A DNA stretch of 64,000 bases, taken from a candidate division FCPU426 bacterium (GTDB lineage: Bacteria > Oederibacteriota > Muellerivitia > Muellerivitales > Muellerivitaceae). This document shows, in pieces, positions 11,760 to 22,517 of the stretch. The translations under genes and the position numbers were made by a program. The notes beneath the pieces were generated by a model that was given only the letters and a program-made list of their open reading frames with translations, ran no database searches and was not told the DNA's origin. The stretch lies in assembly GCA_963796105.1 (NCBI GenBank), contig CAWCKJ010000003.1, forward strand, positions 672,001-736,000. The letters are read 5' to 3'. Every line of letters begins with the position of its first letter. Positions within the stretch are counted from its first letter, which is position 1.

Positions 11760-11784
11760 CCGGTTTTCCTCGGTCCCCAGTTCT

Positions 11785-12603
11785 TCAAAAGGCGTGAAAT
11801 GTCGACAAGAACACCCGAACACCCACAAAAGTGAAAAGAGCCAATAAATAGCCGGCCATAACGAGGGCCATGGTTTTTCGCCCCCTCATTCTCAAACCCC
11901 ACCTCAAAAGGAAAAAGGCGGCGTAAATGAGCATCACCATCATGGAACCAAGAATTTTCGGGTCTGTAAGGGGCAAATGGTCGAATACCAGGAATGCCTG
12001 GATGACCCCAAGAGCCAGGCCGGCGGTCCAGAACACAAAACCCAACGCTATATAAAAAACAGTCAAATTCTCAAGTGATTCCAGGGAAGGAAGCCGGTAG
12101 GCCCAATTTCGGATGCGGTGTTGTTTGATCTGGCCTTCCTGGACCCAGAAGGCCACTCCCACGCCGAAACCCAAAGTGTAATGAGCGAAACCCAGGAAGA
12201 TGAAAAAGATATGAAAAGCCATTCCGAGCGACATCAGCCGCGGGTCGATCAAGGCTTTCGAGTGAAATGAGGCGATAAAGGCGAGAAGGGAAAGCAGGAA
12301 AATGAACGGGATGAAAAGCGTCGTAAGGATCGGCACATTCAGTTTGATCTGGCCGAGGAGCAAGGCTCCCAATAGGGAAAATGTCAAAACCAATAGGATG
12401 CCATCCATCGTGACCATTGGGGCGTATCCCTCCAAGATCCATTTGGCGCACAAGAGCGCCGCAGTGCAAATAAAGCCGGCGGATAAGGATCCAAGAACCC
12501 GTTTATCCGTGACATTCTCCTGATTTTTATTCGAATAGGAAAACCAACTGGCGCCGGCGTTGCAAAGAACAATGGAGATGAAAAGGACTGGCAGTATTAA
12601 CAT
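11785..12603 (-). CDS. Cytochrome c assembly family (CcsA/HemX-like) membrane protein
   Basis: Multiple TM segments, RLPSLESLE, TDPK, conserved His residues; directly upstream of hemA. Confidence 0.8.
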   Translation of the reverse strand: MLILPVLFISIVLCNAGASWFSYSNKNQENVTDKRVLGSLSAGFICTAALLCAKWILEGYAPMVTMDGILLVLTFSLLGALLLGQIKLNVPILTTLFIPFIFLLSLLAFIASFHSKALIDPRLMSLGMAFHIFFIFLGFAHYTLGFGVGVAFWVQEGQIKQHRIRNWAYRLPSLESLENLTVFYIALGFVFWTAGLALGVIQAFLVFDHLPLTDPKILGSMMVMLIYAAFFLLRWGLRMRGRKTMALVMAGYLLALFTFVGVRVFLSTFHAF

Positions 12604-12721
12604 TCAAACACTTCCTCTCAGGGAGAACCATCCAATGAACAACGAAATTTTCCCACAGATTCCGGTAGAATCACCAAAAAAATAGGGTTCCCCGCGGTTT
12701 TCAAACACATCGGCCTGAAAC

Positions 12722-12753
12722 AAAAAACCCCCGGTCTATAGGCCGGGGGTTTT
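12722..12753 (-). terminator. Intrinsic terminator after nuoN
   Basis: AAAACCCCCGGTC-TATA-GGCCGGGGGTTTT, giving a T-run on the minus strand. Confidence 0.8.
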
Positions 12754-12765
12754 CCTAAAGAAATC

Positions 12766-14235
12766 CTAAAAAAGGGCTGAAGCCGCGGATCTCGCGATAT
12801 CAATGATAGGCGTAGGCCAAAACCCAAAAGTCACAGTCGCCAAAACACAAACGATTAAAACAACCTTTTCCAAAAATCCCATCTCGATGGGCGATGGGTC
12901 CTTTGCCTCGCAAACCAAAGCCTGGCGGACAACCTGGAGATAGTAATAAAGCGAGACAACGCTGAAGATCATGCCTACCAGGGCCAGCCAAGTATAACCC
13001 TTGGAAATAGCCGCGCTGAAAAGGTACCATTTGCCCGCAAATCCCGCAAAGGGAGGAACCCCCGCCAGGGATAACAGGCAAACCAACAGGACCACGCCGA
13101 TCAAGGGGGACCTTTTCCACATACCGGCGAAATCCTCAATTTTCTCGCTGCCTGTCTTGTCCGCCACCACAGCGATGGCTAGGAATACGCCCATATTGGC
13201 GAAAAGGTAAATAAACAGGTAGAAAAGCACCGCGGTCAGGCCCAAATTCCCTCCCGCCAAAAAACCCGTCGAGATATAACCGGCCTGGGCGATGGAGGAA
13301 TAGGCCATCAAGCGTTTCAAGTTGGTCTGGGGAAGGGCTTCCAAATTGCCTAACGCGATGCTGATGGCGGCAAGAGCCGCGAATAGGCCGGCCCAAACCA
13401 CCTGGAGGGACGGGGCGGGAAGCCCCACCCAGAAAAGCCTGATGAAGGCCGCGAACCCGGCGGTTTTGGAGGCGGTAGAAAGATAAGCCGTGATCGGAGT
13501 GGGCGAACCCTCATAAACATCCGGGGTCCACATGTGAAAGGGGGCCAGCGAGATTTTAAAAGCCAACCCGCCGATCACGAGGATCAAGGCCAGCATCGCC
13601 AAGGGGGATGAAGGCTGGCCCATTAATTTATTTCCCATATCAGCGATGAATGTGGTCCCAGTCAAACCATAAAGGTAGGAAAAACCAAAAAGTAGCAAAG
13701 CGGAAGAGAAAGCCCCGATCAGGAGATATTTCATCCCCGCCTCATTACTGAGGCTGTCCTTTTTCATGAAGGAAGCCAGGAGGTAACTGCTGATGGTGAG
13801 TGTTTCCAAGGAAACATAAAGCGTGATGATTTCCTGGGCCGATGCCAGTGCCGAGGCGCCAGCGGCGGAGAAAAGCAGGATGGCGAGGAATTCGGGGAGA
13901 TAAGGTGTGGGCCGGGCCTTGAAATAGCGGGAGGCTATCAGGACCGTCAACAGAGCCGCCAAAAGGATCAACAACTTGAAAAAAACCGCCAACCGGTCGG
14001 TTTTCAGGAAACCGGCGAAGGCCTGGATGGAATCAGGCATGGGGCAACTGCCTGAGCATAAACCCGAACCTCCCAGGCATGGCAGCGCCGCCAATGCCCC
14101 AAGGATTCCCAGGGACGCGACCCAGAAAAATATTCTTTTTTTGGGTTCCCCCTCCAGGAAAAGATCAATCAAAAGGATGAGGATGGCCGCGCCGATCAGG
14201 CACAGCTCGGGAAGAAAAACCTGGTATTGGATCAC
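12766..14235 (-). CDS. nuoN: NADH-quinone oxidoreductase subunit N
   Basis: EAGMKY, FKISLAPFHMWTPDVYEG, KRLMAYSSI, SLAGVPPFAGF. Confidence 0.95.
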   Translation of the reverse strand: MIQYQVFLPELCLIGAAILILLIDLFLEGEPKKRIFFWVASLGILGALAALPCLGGSGLCSGSCPMPDSIQAFAGFLKTDRLAVFFKLLILLAALLTVLIASRYFKARPTPYLPEFLAILLFSAAGASALASAQEIITLYVSLETLTISSYLLASFMKKDSLSNEAGMKYLLIGAFSSALLLFGFSYLYGLTGTTFIADMGNKLMGQPSSPLAMLALILVIGGLAFKISLAPFHMWTPDVYEGSPTPITAYLSTASKTAGFAAFIRLFWVGLPAPSLQVVWAGLFAALAAISIALGNLEALPQTNLKRLMAYSSIAQAGYISTGFLAGGNLGLTAVLFYLFIYLFANMGVFLAIAVVADKTGSEKIEDFAGMWKRSPLIGVVLLVCLLSLAGVPPFAGFAGKWYLFSAAISKGYTWLALVGMIFSVVSLYYYLQVVRQALVCEAKDPSPIEMGFLEKVVLIVCVLATVTFGFWPTPIIDIARSAASALF

Positions 14236-15812
14236 TTGAACCCCCCGATGTGCTCAATGAGAGGCGCGATAGTGGCGTTAGAAAGCGCCACGAAGGGCTT
14301 CGGATATAGGCCCACCGCCAGCGAGACTGCCAATAAATAAACGATGGGAAGGATTTCGATGAATTTACCGTCCTGGATCTCCTCCTTGAAATGCGGGTCC
14401 TTGACCGGACCGTAAAAAACCATCTGGACCAAACGGAGGTAATATACCGCCGTGAAGACGATGGCCAGGATGACCACCCAGAACAAGGTTTGAAAAACGG
14501 GAAAACCTCCTTGAAAGCCGCTGCGGTAAGCCCCCAGGAAGATCAGGAACTCACCCACGAACCCGCTCAAGCCGGGAAGACCCACATTGGCCATGGACGC
14601 CGCCACAAAAAGCCCCGCCAAAACCGGCATGCATGCCGAAAGCCCCCCGAGTTTGGAAATTTCCCTCGTGTGAGCCTTTCCGTAAATCGTTCCAACAAGG
14701 GCGAATGACATGGCCGCCACGATCCCATGGGAAAAACCCTGGATGACGGCCCCGTTGAGGCCCGCGGCCTGGAAGGTGCATATTCCAAAGAGAACCGCGC
14801 CGCAATGGGACACGGATGAATAGGCGATAACGTACTTGAAATCCTTCTGTTTCAAAGCCACCAGGGCCGCGTAGAGAACATTGATCAGGGTAAGAAAAAC
14901 CAGGATTGGAAGCCATTGTTTCGCCCCGCCCGGCAGGCAGGGCAAGGCCACACGGATGATGCTGTAGCCCCCGAGGGTCTTCAAGACTCCCGCGTGAAGC
15001 ATGGAGGCGGCGGTCGGGGCCGAACCGTACCCGTCCGGGGACCAGGTATGGAACGGGAAGATGGCTGAAATGACCCCGAAGCCGATGAAAAGGAGGGGAA
15101 ACCAGAGGTTCTGGAAATCCTGTCCGAAATTCGTCCGGGTGATGTCCCCGAGGATCCGGAGGTCGAAGGTATGCACGGAGGAAGTGAAATACATCGCGAG
15201 AAAGCCCACCAGCATGAAAGCCGATCCCGCGAGGATGTATATCGTGAGTTTCATGGCGGCATATTCCTTCCGCCCGGAACCCCAAATACTCACCAAAAGG
15301 TACATGGGCAGGACGGCGAACTCGTAAAAAAGGAAGAAGAAAAAGAGATCCAGGCTGATGTAAGCGCCTGCCACGCCCCCGACCAGAAGGGAGAAATAAA
15401 CAAAGTACTCCTTGACCCGCAGGGTGATATTCCAGGAAATGAGGGAACCCGCGAAATAAACCGAAGCCACCAAAAGCACCATCAACACGCTCATACCGTC
15501 CACGCCCAGCAGATAGTTAATCCCCAGGTTGGAAAGCCAGGGCACCTCCTCCCGCAGCTGGAAACCGCCCAGGTTTGTCTGGTATAGGAAAAACACCCGG
15601 AAGGCGATCCCCAGTTCAAAGGAGGAGAACAACAGGCTGATCCATCGGCTTCCCTTCTCATTGGAGGCCAGCACCAACAAGGCGCCCAGGAGCGGAACTA
15701 CGATGAAGGTGCTCAACAAGGGCAAGAGGTTGGGTCCCTGGGCGGCCGGGTCATGGAAAAGGAAAAAAGCGGCCGCGAAGGGGACCAGGATTGAGCCGAG
15801 CACTGGAAGCAT
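14232..15812 (-). CDS. nuoM: NADH-quinone oxidoreductase subunit M
   Basis: LGVDG, FFFLFYE, PFHTW, IAYSSVSH, GLPGLSGFVGEF. Confidence 0.95.
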   Translation of the reverse strand: MLPVLGSILVPFAAAFFLFHDPAAQGPNLLPLLSTFIVVPLLGALLVLASNEKGSRWISLLFSSFELGIAFRVFFLYQTNLGGFQLREEVPWLSNLGINYLLGVDGMSVLMVLLVASVYFAGSLISWNITLRVKEYFVYFSLLVGGVAGAYISLDLFFFFLFYEFAVLPMYLLVSIWGSGRKEYAAMKLTIYILAGSAFMLVGFLAMYFTSSVHTFDLRILGDITRTNFGQDFQNLWFPLLFIGFGVISAIFPFHTWSPDGYGSAPTAASMLHAGVLKTLGGYSIIRVALPCLPGGAKQWLPILVFLTLINVLYAALVALKQKDFKYVIAYSSVSHCGAVLFGICTFQAAGLNGAVIQGFSHGIVAAMSFALVGTIYGKAHTREISKLGGLSACMPVLAGLFVAASMANVGLPGLSGFVGEFLIFLGAYRSGFQGGFPVFQTLFWVVILAIVFTAVYYLRLVQMVFYGPVKDPHFKEEIQDGKFIEILPIVYLLAVSLAVGLYPKPFVALSNATIAPLIEHIGGFK

Positions 15813-15831
15813 GATGAGATTCCTCCGGAAA

Positions 15832-17709
15832 TTAAAAACTAACGATCAGATAAATCAGGGCCACCGCCCCAAAGATGACCAGCGCGTAGTTCTGGACGTA
15901 TCCAGTCTGGGTCAGGCGGAAAAACCCCCCCATTTTACGGAATGCCCAACCCGTACCGTCCACCATCCCATCGTCCACCACATTGTCGTCGAACCACGTG
16001 AAAAGAGTCGCGATGCCGAAATAAACCTTCTTCACCAGCCACCCGTAAAACTCGTCAACGTAATACTTGTTTTTCAACAGCAGGTAAAGCGGCCCAAAGG
16101 CCTTGGCGGCCTTCTCCGCCGAGAAAACCTTTTTCCAGTAAAACAGCGCCGCGGTCCCCATTCCCAGGAGAACCACCAGGAGGGAAGTTCCGGCGACGGG
16201 CCAGTTGAATTCCATGGGCTGGTACCCGCCGTAATGGACGAATTTGGTATAGGCATCCAGTCCGGGCCAGTTGATCCATCCGACCCCGATGGACAAAAGC
16301 GCGAGGATCATCAGGGGAACCGTCATGGTCAGGGGGGACTCGTGGGTATGGTCCCAGGCATGGGTATCGCGCGGCGGACCCGTAAACACCATGAAAAAAA
16401 GCCGGAACATGTACAAGGCGGTCAGGAAGGCCGTCAAGACGGCCACCCCATAAAGTATTTCGTGGTAAGGCACGGAACTTGTGCGCACCGCGTCAAGAAT
16501 GGCGTCCTTGGACCAGAACCCCGCGAAGGGCGGGATGCCCGCGATGGCGAAGTTGGCGATGAGAATGGTGGCGGCCGTGATTTTCATTTTGGAACCCAAC
16601 CCGCCCATCTTCCGGATGTCGTTGGTGTGAAGGGAATGGATAACGCTCCCGGCCCCCAGGAACAGGAGGGCCTTGAAGCAAGCATGGGTGGTCAAATGGA
16701 ACATTCCCGCGGTATAGCCCCCCGCACCCATAGCCAGCATCATGTAACCGAGTTGGGACAAGGTCGAATAGGCGAGGATACGCTTGATGTCGTCCTGGGC
16801 AATCGCGATGGAGGCCGCGAAGATGGCCGTAAAGCCCCCGACATAGGCCACCACCGTCATGGCGAGGGGGTCGGCCGAAAAAAGAAAGTACGTCCTGGCG
16901 ACCATGAAAACACCGGCGGCCACCATGGTGGCCGCATGGATCAGGGCGGAAACCGGGGTGGGGCCCTCCATGGCGTCCGGAAGCCAGACGTGAAGCGGGA
17001 ACTGGGCGCTCTTCCCCACCGCGCCGCAAAACAAAAGGATGGCGATCCCCGCGATAAAACCGCTCTGGTAAGTATGCGCGGCCAGGCCCTGGGCGACGAT
17101 GGACTGGACGCGGTCAAAGTCGAAAGTCCCGAACATCATGGCAATTGTCACCACGCCCATGAGGAATCCCATGTCCCCGATGCGATTGACGATGAACGCT
17201 TTTTTGCAGGCGTCGGCCGCTTCCGGCTTGAAATACCAGAAGCCGATTAAAAGGTAGGAACATAAGCCCACCAGTTCCCAGCCCACGAAAAGCTGGAGAA
17301 AGCTGTTGGCCAGCACCAGGATCAGCATCGAGGCGGTGAAAAGCGAAAGGTATGAATAGTATGTGGAAAACCTCGGGTCCTCCTTCATGTAGCCGAGGGA
17401 ATAAACCTGGACCATCAATGAAATGAAGGTCACCACGAGAAGCATATTGACGCTCAAGGGATCGATTAAAACCCCGACATGGATCGACCAAGGCGGTATT
17501 TCCATCCACGTCAACGATAGCGTGACGCTCCTGGCGGAAGGATCCAGGGCGAGCAGTTCAAGTAATATCAACGCCGAGAGGATAAAACAAACAGCAACAG
17601 CCAGGATGGATAGAAAGGCTGAAACCATCCGGTAACGCCGGGTGAAAAGAATTATCACCGCGTAAGTCAAAGCCGGCAAAACCGGGATGAGCCATGAATA
17701 TTGGATCAT
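15832..17709 (-). CDS. nuoL: NADH-quinone oxidoreductase subunit L
   Basis: GWELVGLCSYLLIGF, GKSAQFPLHVWLPDAMEGPTPVSALIHAATMV; start set at ATG 17709. Confidence 0.96.
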   Translation of the reverse strand: MIQYSWLIPVLPALTYAVIILFTRRYRMVSAFLSILAVAVCFILSALILLELLALDPSARSVTLSLTWMEIPPWSIHVGVLIDPLSVNMLLVVTFISLMVQVYSLGYMKEDPRFSTYYSYLSLFTASMLILVLANSFLQLFVGWELVGLCSYLLIGFWYFKPEAADACKKAFIVNRIGDMGFLMGVVTIAMMFGTFDFDRVQSIVAQGLAAHTYQSGFIAGIAILLFCGAVGKSAQFPLHVWLPDAMEGPTPVSALIHAATMVAAGVFMVARTYFLFSADPLAMTVVAYVGGFTAIFAASIAIAQDDIKRILAYSTLSQLGYMMLAMGAGGYTAGMFHLTTHACFKALLFLGAGSVIHSLHTNDIRKMGGLGSKMKITAATILIANFAIAGIPPFAGFWSKDAILDAVRTSSVPYHEILYGVAVLTAFLTALYMFRLFFMVFTGPPRDTHAWDHTHESPLTMTVPLMILALLSIGVGWINWPGLDAYTKFVHYGGYQPMEFNWPVAGTSLLVVLLGMGTAALFYWKKVFSAEKAAKAFGPLYLLLKNKYYVDEFYGWLVKKVYFGIATLFTWFDDNVVDDGMVDGTGWAFRKMGGFFRLTQTGYVQNYALVIFGAVALIYLIVSF

Positions 17710-17792
17710 TCTAAAATCCTCTGCTAATAAAAATGTGTGAAGCCAAAACAATTCCACATTGCCGCAATCGCGCCAAGACGGGTGAAGCCAGG

Positions 17793-18107
17793 TCACCCCC
17801 GCATGGCGTGCGCGTCTTCCACGTTGACGCTCTTCAACTGCCTGCGAACGGAAATAACGATAGCCAACGCGACCGCAGCTTCAGCGGCGGCGATCGTAAT
17901 GATAAAAACCACGAAAACCGGCCCAGAGGCATTGATCCAGTTCCAGTATTTGGCGAAAGCTAGGAAATTGATATTCACCGCGTTTAGCATCAACTCAATA
18001 CCCATCAAGATGGAGATGGCATTTCTGCGGGACAAGATCCCGAACAAACCAATCCCGAACAATACGGCGGATAGGTACAAAAAATGGTTGAGAGGAATGG
18101 AATTCAC
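17793..18107 (-). CDS. nuoK: NADH-quinone oxidoreductase subunit K
   Basis: IELMLNAVN, AAAEAAVALA. Confidence 0.95.
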   Translation of the reverse strand: MNSIPLNHFLYLSAVLFGIGLFGILSRRNAISILMGIELMLNAVNINFLAFAKYWNWINASGPVFVVFIITIAAAEAAVALAIVISVRRQLKSVNVEDAHAMRG

Positions 18108-18685
18108 GCTGTATCCTTTCGGGCGATCACAATAGCCCCCACCAAGGCCGATAATAAGAGGATCGAAACCAGTTCAAAAGCGAACGCGTATCCCTTGTCA
18201 GGCCTAATCAACTCCAACCCCAGGGCATTAACGTCGTATCCTTGGGGATTCACCGATGGATTCCCTGAAGAATCAAGAGGGAGACGGTTCGCGGAAACGG
18301 TTGAAGTGGGTTTTCCCAGGGAGGAGGCGGAATGGTCAGACCATTTGGAAACTGAGCTTTCAACCGCAAAGAGGGCGGCAATGGACAAGATGCCCGCCAC
18401 CATCACGGAAAGAGGCGCTTGGTGGTTCAGGACTTTGGCTTTGTCGCTCATAACCTCGCGGGTCAGCATGATCCCGAATATAAGGAGCACAGTGACGGCG
18501 CCGACATATATCAACACCTGAACAACCGCCAGGAATTCCGATTCAAGGTACAGAAAAATACCTGCCGCGCAAAACATGGTAACCGCTAGGAACAAGGCGC
18601 AATGGAAAAGATTCCGGAGTGTGACCACCATCAGGGCGGATACCACAAGGGCCCCCGCGATAACATAAAAAATGGCTGTTTCCAT
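18104..18685 (-). CDS. nuoJ: NADH-quinone oxidoreductase subunit J
   Basis: QVLIYVGAVTVL, FELVSILLL; start set at ATG 18685. Confidence 0.93.
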   Translation of the reverse strand: METAIFYVIAGALVVSALMVVTLRNLFHCALFLAVTMFCAAGIFLYLESEFLAVVQVLIYVGAVTVLLIFGIMLTREVMSDKAKVLNHQAPLSVMVAGILSIAALFAVESSVSKWSDHSASSLGKPTSTVSANRLPLDSSGNPSVNPQGYDVNALGLELIRPDKGYAFAFELVSILLLSALVGAIVIARKDTA

Positions 18686-18687
18686 GG

Positions 18688-19206
18688 TCACGCTCCCGAG
18701 CCAGACGCCGGGGGATTCGCCGCCGATACTGTCTCCAGGGCCGCAGGATCCGTTTGAGAAGGCCGTACCCACTTCATACCTTGCTCGTCCTGCAATAGGT
18801 TTCCCCGTTGATAGACCGCATTCTCGTACTCCTCCGCCACGAATGTTAATGCGTCAAAACCGCATGCCTCCACGCAATACCCGCAAAAGATGCAGGTGGA
18901 AAAGTCCAGTTTGAAGGTGGTCATGCGCCTTTTTCCGTCGGGCATCCTCACCCCCTCGAGCTTGATACAGCTATTGGGGCAAGCCTTGGCGCACATCATA
19001 CAGGCGACGCAATTGAACTGGTCCTTTTCCCCGTCATAGATGAGTTTTATCATGCTTCTGCTGCGCTCAGGCAACGGCATCCTCTCGTCCGGATACTGGT
19101 AAGTATTTGTTTTCTTAAAGAAATAACGGATGGTGACCGACAAGCCCAAAAGAAGGTTCCCAAACCCCTTGAGAATGCCTGGAAAATAACCGAGTTTCGG
19201 GCCCAT
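18688..19206 (-). CDS. nuoI: NADH-quinone oxidoreductase subunit I
   Basis: TYQYPDE and two 4Fe-4S motifs (CVACMMCAKACP, CIFCGYCVEAC). Confidence 0.95.
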   Translation of the reverse strand: MGPKLGYFPGILKGFGNLLLGLSVTIRYFFKKTNTYQYPDERMPLPERSRSMIKLIYDGEKDQFNCVACMMCAKACPNSCIKLEGVRMPDGKRRMTTFKLDFSTCIFCGYCVEACGFDALTFVAEEYENAVYQRGNLLQDEQGMKWVRPSQTDPAALETVSAANPPASGSGA

Positions 19207-19209
19207 GTT

Positions 19210-20289
19210 CTATGCCCCCCCGCCGCAATAAAGAATTAAAAAACCCGTTAATAGAATATTAACAATCGCAACAGGAATCAGGACTTTCCAGCCGAAATCC
19301 ATGAGTTGATCCACTCTGAGCCGTGGAAAAGTCCACCGGAATGACATAATCAAAAAAATGACCAAAAGAAGTTTCAGCATGAACCAGACGAATCCAGGCA
19401 AATTCAAGAAGCCCAGCAATGGCAAAGGAAGCCAACCTCCTAAAAATAATGAGACAGCGACCGACGAAGAAATTATGATCGCGACATATTCCCCCAAGAA
19501 AAACATCGCGAACTTGACGCCTGAGTATTCGGTATGGTAACCGCCGATCAATTCCGATTCCGCCTCGGGGATGTCAAAGGGGGCGCGGTTAGCTTCAGCG
19601 GTGGACGCGGTGATAAAAATAAGAAAAGAAACCAGAATGGGAATAATATAAAGACCCCTTAAAAACCAATAACCATGATCAGATTGATATTCAACGATCT
19701 TTTGCAAGCTGAGGGTGCCAGTGGCCAAAATAATTGGAATGATCGAGAGAACCAAAGGCACTTCATAACTGACAATTTGGGCCGCGGAACGAAATCCGCC
19801 CAGCAGGGCGAATTTATTGTTGGAACTCCATCCAGCTGAAAGGATCGCGATGACAGTGAAGCTGGAAATGGCGATGATATAAAGAACCCCAATGTTCAAA
19901 TCCTGGACCACAACCCCTTTGTCGAAAGGAATAACAACCAAACCCATGAAGGTGGCGACAAAAGCCACAATGGGAGCGATAAAATAGGGAATTCTATCCC
20001 GATGGACAGGCTTCACATTCTCTTTAATGGTGAGTTTAAGCGCATCAGCCAATGTTTGAAGCAGGCCAAAAGGTCCAACTCTATTGGGCCCAATCCTGCT
20101 CTGCATATGGGCTGAAACCTTGCGTTCCATCCAAACAAGGAACATCACAAATACAGCGACTATCGCGAACATGACCACTACGATAACAGCAGTATTAATA
20201 AACTCCTCCCAGTTTGATATACCCAATGTGGTATAGAGGAGCTTAAGAAAGCCTTTTATGAATTGGATTATTTTTTCGGTATTAGTCAA
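19210..20289 (-). CDS. nuoH: NADH-quinone oxidoreductase subunit H
   Basis: ERK...GPNRVGP, AQIVSYE, RAPFDIPEAESEL, PRLRVDQL. Confidence 0.96.
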   Translation of the reverse strand: MTNTEKIIQFIKGFLKLLYTTLGISNWEEFINTAVIVVVMFAIVAVFVMFLVWMERKVSAHMQSRIGPNRVGPFGLLQTLADALKLTIKENVKPVHRDRIPYFIAPIVAFVATFMGLVVIPFDKGVVVQDLNIGVLYIIAISSFTVIAILSAGWSSNNKFALLGGFRSAAQIVSYEVPLVLSIIPIILATGTLSLQKIVEYQSDHGYWFLRGLYIIPILVSFLIFITASTAEANRAPFDIPEAESELIGGYHTEYSGVKFAMFFLGEYVAIIISSSVAVSLFLGGWLPLPLLGFLNLPGFVWFMLKLLLVIFLIMSFRWTFPRLRVDQLMDFGWKVLIPVAIVNILLTGFLILYCGGGA

Positions 20290-20304
20290 ATTTCACATTC
20301 CTAA

Positions 20305-21450
20305 TCATCGGTCGACCTCGGGCACGATTAAATCAAAACTCCCGAGGATCGCCAATATATCCGCAACTTTCCAGCCTCGGGTCAATGTATCCAGAAGATA
20401 AAGATTACTAAAAGATGCGCAACGGAATTTCGCCTTCCAGGGTTTTGGTGTTCCGTCCCCAACCAGGTAAATTCCCATTTCTCCCCGCGAGGACTCGGTT
20501 CGTAAATATACTTCACTAGCGGGGGGTGCCTTTAGCACGGGAGGGAGCTTGGCCTCCACCGGCCCCGGTTCCAGGCGGTCCAGGCATTGCCGGATGATGG
20601 CGACGCTTTCCCGCATTTCATTCATTCTCACTTTGTAGCGGCTCCAACAATCCCCATCGTTTTCCAGGCATTCCTTGAATTGTACCCGGTCATAATAAAG
20701 ATAAGGTTGTTGTTTCCTCACATCGCAAGAAACACCAGAACCCCTCAAGGTCGGTCCTGAAACGCCCGCGTTCATTCCTAAATCAGGGGTGATGACTCCT
20801 ACCCCTTGGGTCCTCCCCAGGAAAATCGGATTGTTAGTCAAAAGATCCTCGTACTCGTCCACTTTAGGCTCGAAATAATCCAGGAAAGACCTGCACTTAG
20901 GGGTGAAATCGGGCAATACGTCGATCATGACTCCGCCGATGCGGATGTAATTATAGGTGAGTCTTTGTCCGCAAGTCATTTCAAACAAGTCCAGGATCCG
21001 CTCCCTTTCCCTTAACCCGTAAAGAAACGGGGTCAAAGCCCCAATATCACCGGCAAAAGATCCCATCCATAATAAATGACTTGCTAATCGTTGCAACTCC
21101 ACAAAGATCATTCTCAGCCATTGGGCCCGGGCCGGGATTTCAATGGCCATGAGTTTTTCAGCGGCCAATGCGAATGCGAGATTGACACTCATCGCCGAAA
21201 CATAATCAACCCGGTCAGTATAGGTGATGCACTGCGGATAAGTCCGGTTCTCGCAAATCTTCTCTATAGAACGGTGCAGATACCCCATCACGGGAGTTGT
21301 TTTTTGAACTGTCTCTCCGTCTAATTTTACAATTAAACGTAACACCCCATGAGTAGCCGGATGCTGGGGTCCAAGGTTGACGACGTAAGAGTCGGAATCA
21401 ACCGCCGAATCGCCGGTTCCTTTATGAAGGCTTAACAATAAATCCGTCAT
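20305..21450 (-). CDS. nuoD: NADH-quinone oxidoreductase subunit D
   Basis: GPQHPATHGVLRL, GYLHR, RVDY, C-terminal EVDR; no NiFe-hydrogenase CxxC motifs. Confidence 0.96.
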   Translation of the reverse strand: MTDLLLSLHKGTGDSAVDSDSYVVNLGPQHPATHGVLRLIVKLDGETVQKTTPVMGYLHRSIEKICENRTYPQCITYTDRVDYVSAMSVNLAFALAAEKLMAIEIPARAQWLRMIFVELQRLASHLLWMGSFAGDIGALTPFLYGLRERERILDLFEMTCGQRLTYNYIRIGGVMIDVLPDFTPKCRSFLDYFEPKVDEYEDLLTNNPIFLGRTQGVGVITPDLGMNAGVSGPTLRGSGVSCDVRKQQPYLYYDRVQFKECLENDGDCWSRYKVRMNEMRESVAIIRQCLDRLEPGPVEAKLPPVLKAPPASEVYLRTESSRGEMGIYLVGDGTPKPWKAKFRCASFSNLYLLDTLTRGWKVADILAILGSFDLIVPEVDR

Positions 21451-21895
21451 CCGTAAAATCCTTCCTTAAAGGATGTTTCTTATAATCATCAGGCATCATG
21501 ATGCGACGCAAATCGGAATGTCCGTCGAACATAACTCCATAAAGGTCAAACACTTCCCTCTCGAACCAATTTGCGCTTTTCCAAATTTTCTCCAACGTTG
21601 GGACAATGGGCTTATCTCGGGGAGTATCAAGTTTGACGGTAATTTGCTGATGATTTAGGTAAGACCATAGGTGGCACACCAAGGTGAACTTGTTTTCCTT
21701 GGGATAATCTACCGCCGTCAAATTGGAAAGGTGCTCAAAGGAATACTCTGGTTTATCCCTCAAGGTTTGGCAGAGGGACAAAAGGGTCTCGCTTTTCGCC
21801 AAAACCACAACTTCTTTTTGAGCGGAAAGAATTACGGTTTGGACTTGCTCTTTAAAATCAGATTCTAATTTAGATTTAAGCTCTTCATTCGTCAT
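21422..21895 (-). CDS. nuoC: NADH-quinone oxidoreductase subunit C
   Basis: TAVDY, ANWFEREVFDLYG, HPLRKDF. Confidence 0.96.
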   Translation of the reverse strand: MTNEELKSKLESDFKEQVQTVILSAQKEVVVLAKSETLLSLCQTLRDKPEYSFEHLSNLTAVDYPKENKFTLVCHLWSYLNHQQITVKLDTPRDKPIVPTLEKIWKSANWFEREVFDLYGVMFDGHSDLRRIMMPDDYKKHPLRKDFTDDGFIVKPS

Positions 21896-21974
21896 GAAAA
21901 TTTAATTCTCCCCTTTATCAACGCCTACATCATAATTTAATTCATTTTTCAACGCGCGATTGGACTACATAAAA

Positions 21975-22517
21975 TTAAAATTCCTTCCGCCTTCTAAATA
22001 TCGGTTCATCCTCTATTTTCTTTTGAATAGCCATTAACCCATAAATTAAAGACTCTGGTCTAGGGGGACATCCAGGGACATAAACATCAACCGGCACGAA
22101 TGAATCAATTCCTTTAACCACGGTATAAGAATCATAGTAATAAGGGCCGCCTGCGATGGTACAACTTCCCATAGCGATGACCCAACAGGGCTTAGGCATC
22201 TGCTCATAAAGTTTTTTCAACGCGTAACCCATTTTCTCGGTAATGGTTCCAGCCGCGATTAAAAGATCGGCTTGGCGGGGAGAAGGCCGAAATACTTCTG
22301 AGCCAAAGCGGGCCAAATCATAACGTCCGCCGGCTGCCGCCATCATTTCAATCGCGCAACAGGCTGTCCCAAACTGAAGGGGCCAAAGTGAATTCTTCCG
22401 AGCCCACTTAAACACGAATCCCATAGCCTTATCCAAGGTCCAAAGGCCTGGTACTTTGCTCTGGTCTTCCATGAGCTCTATTTCAGGTGTTGTTATCCCT
22501 TTTAATTCTAATCCCAA
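21975..22517 (-). CDS. nuoB: NADH-quinone oxidoreductase subunit B
   Basis: [26 protein letters not shown]. Confidence 0.96.
   Translation of the reverse strand: MGLELKGITTPEIELMEDQSKVPGLWTLDKAMGFVFKWARKNSLWPLQFGTACCAIEMMAAAGGRYDLARFGSEVFRPSPRQADLLIAAGTITEKMGYALKKLYEQMPKPCWVIAMGSCTIAGGPYYYDSYTVVKGIDSFVPVDVYVPGCPPRPESLIYGLMAIQKKIEDEPIFRRRKEF

Noticed and set aside
15529..17250. 573-aa plus-strand ORF
   Set aside because: Antisense shadow of the GC-rich nuoL/nuoM genes.
20305..22517. Group 4 NiFe-hydrogenase reading of nuoB/C/D
   Set aside because: NuoD lacks the Ni-binding CxxC motifs and ends in EVDR as in complex I.
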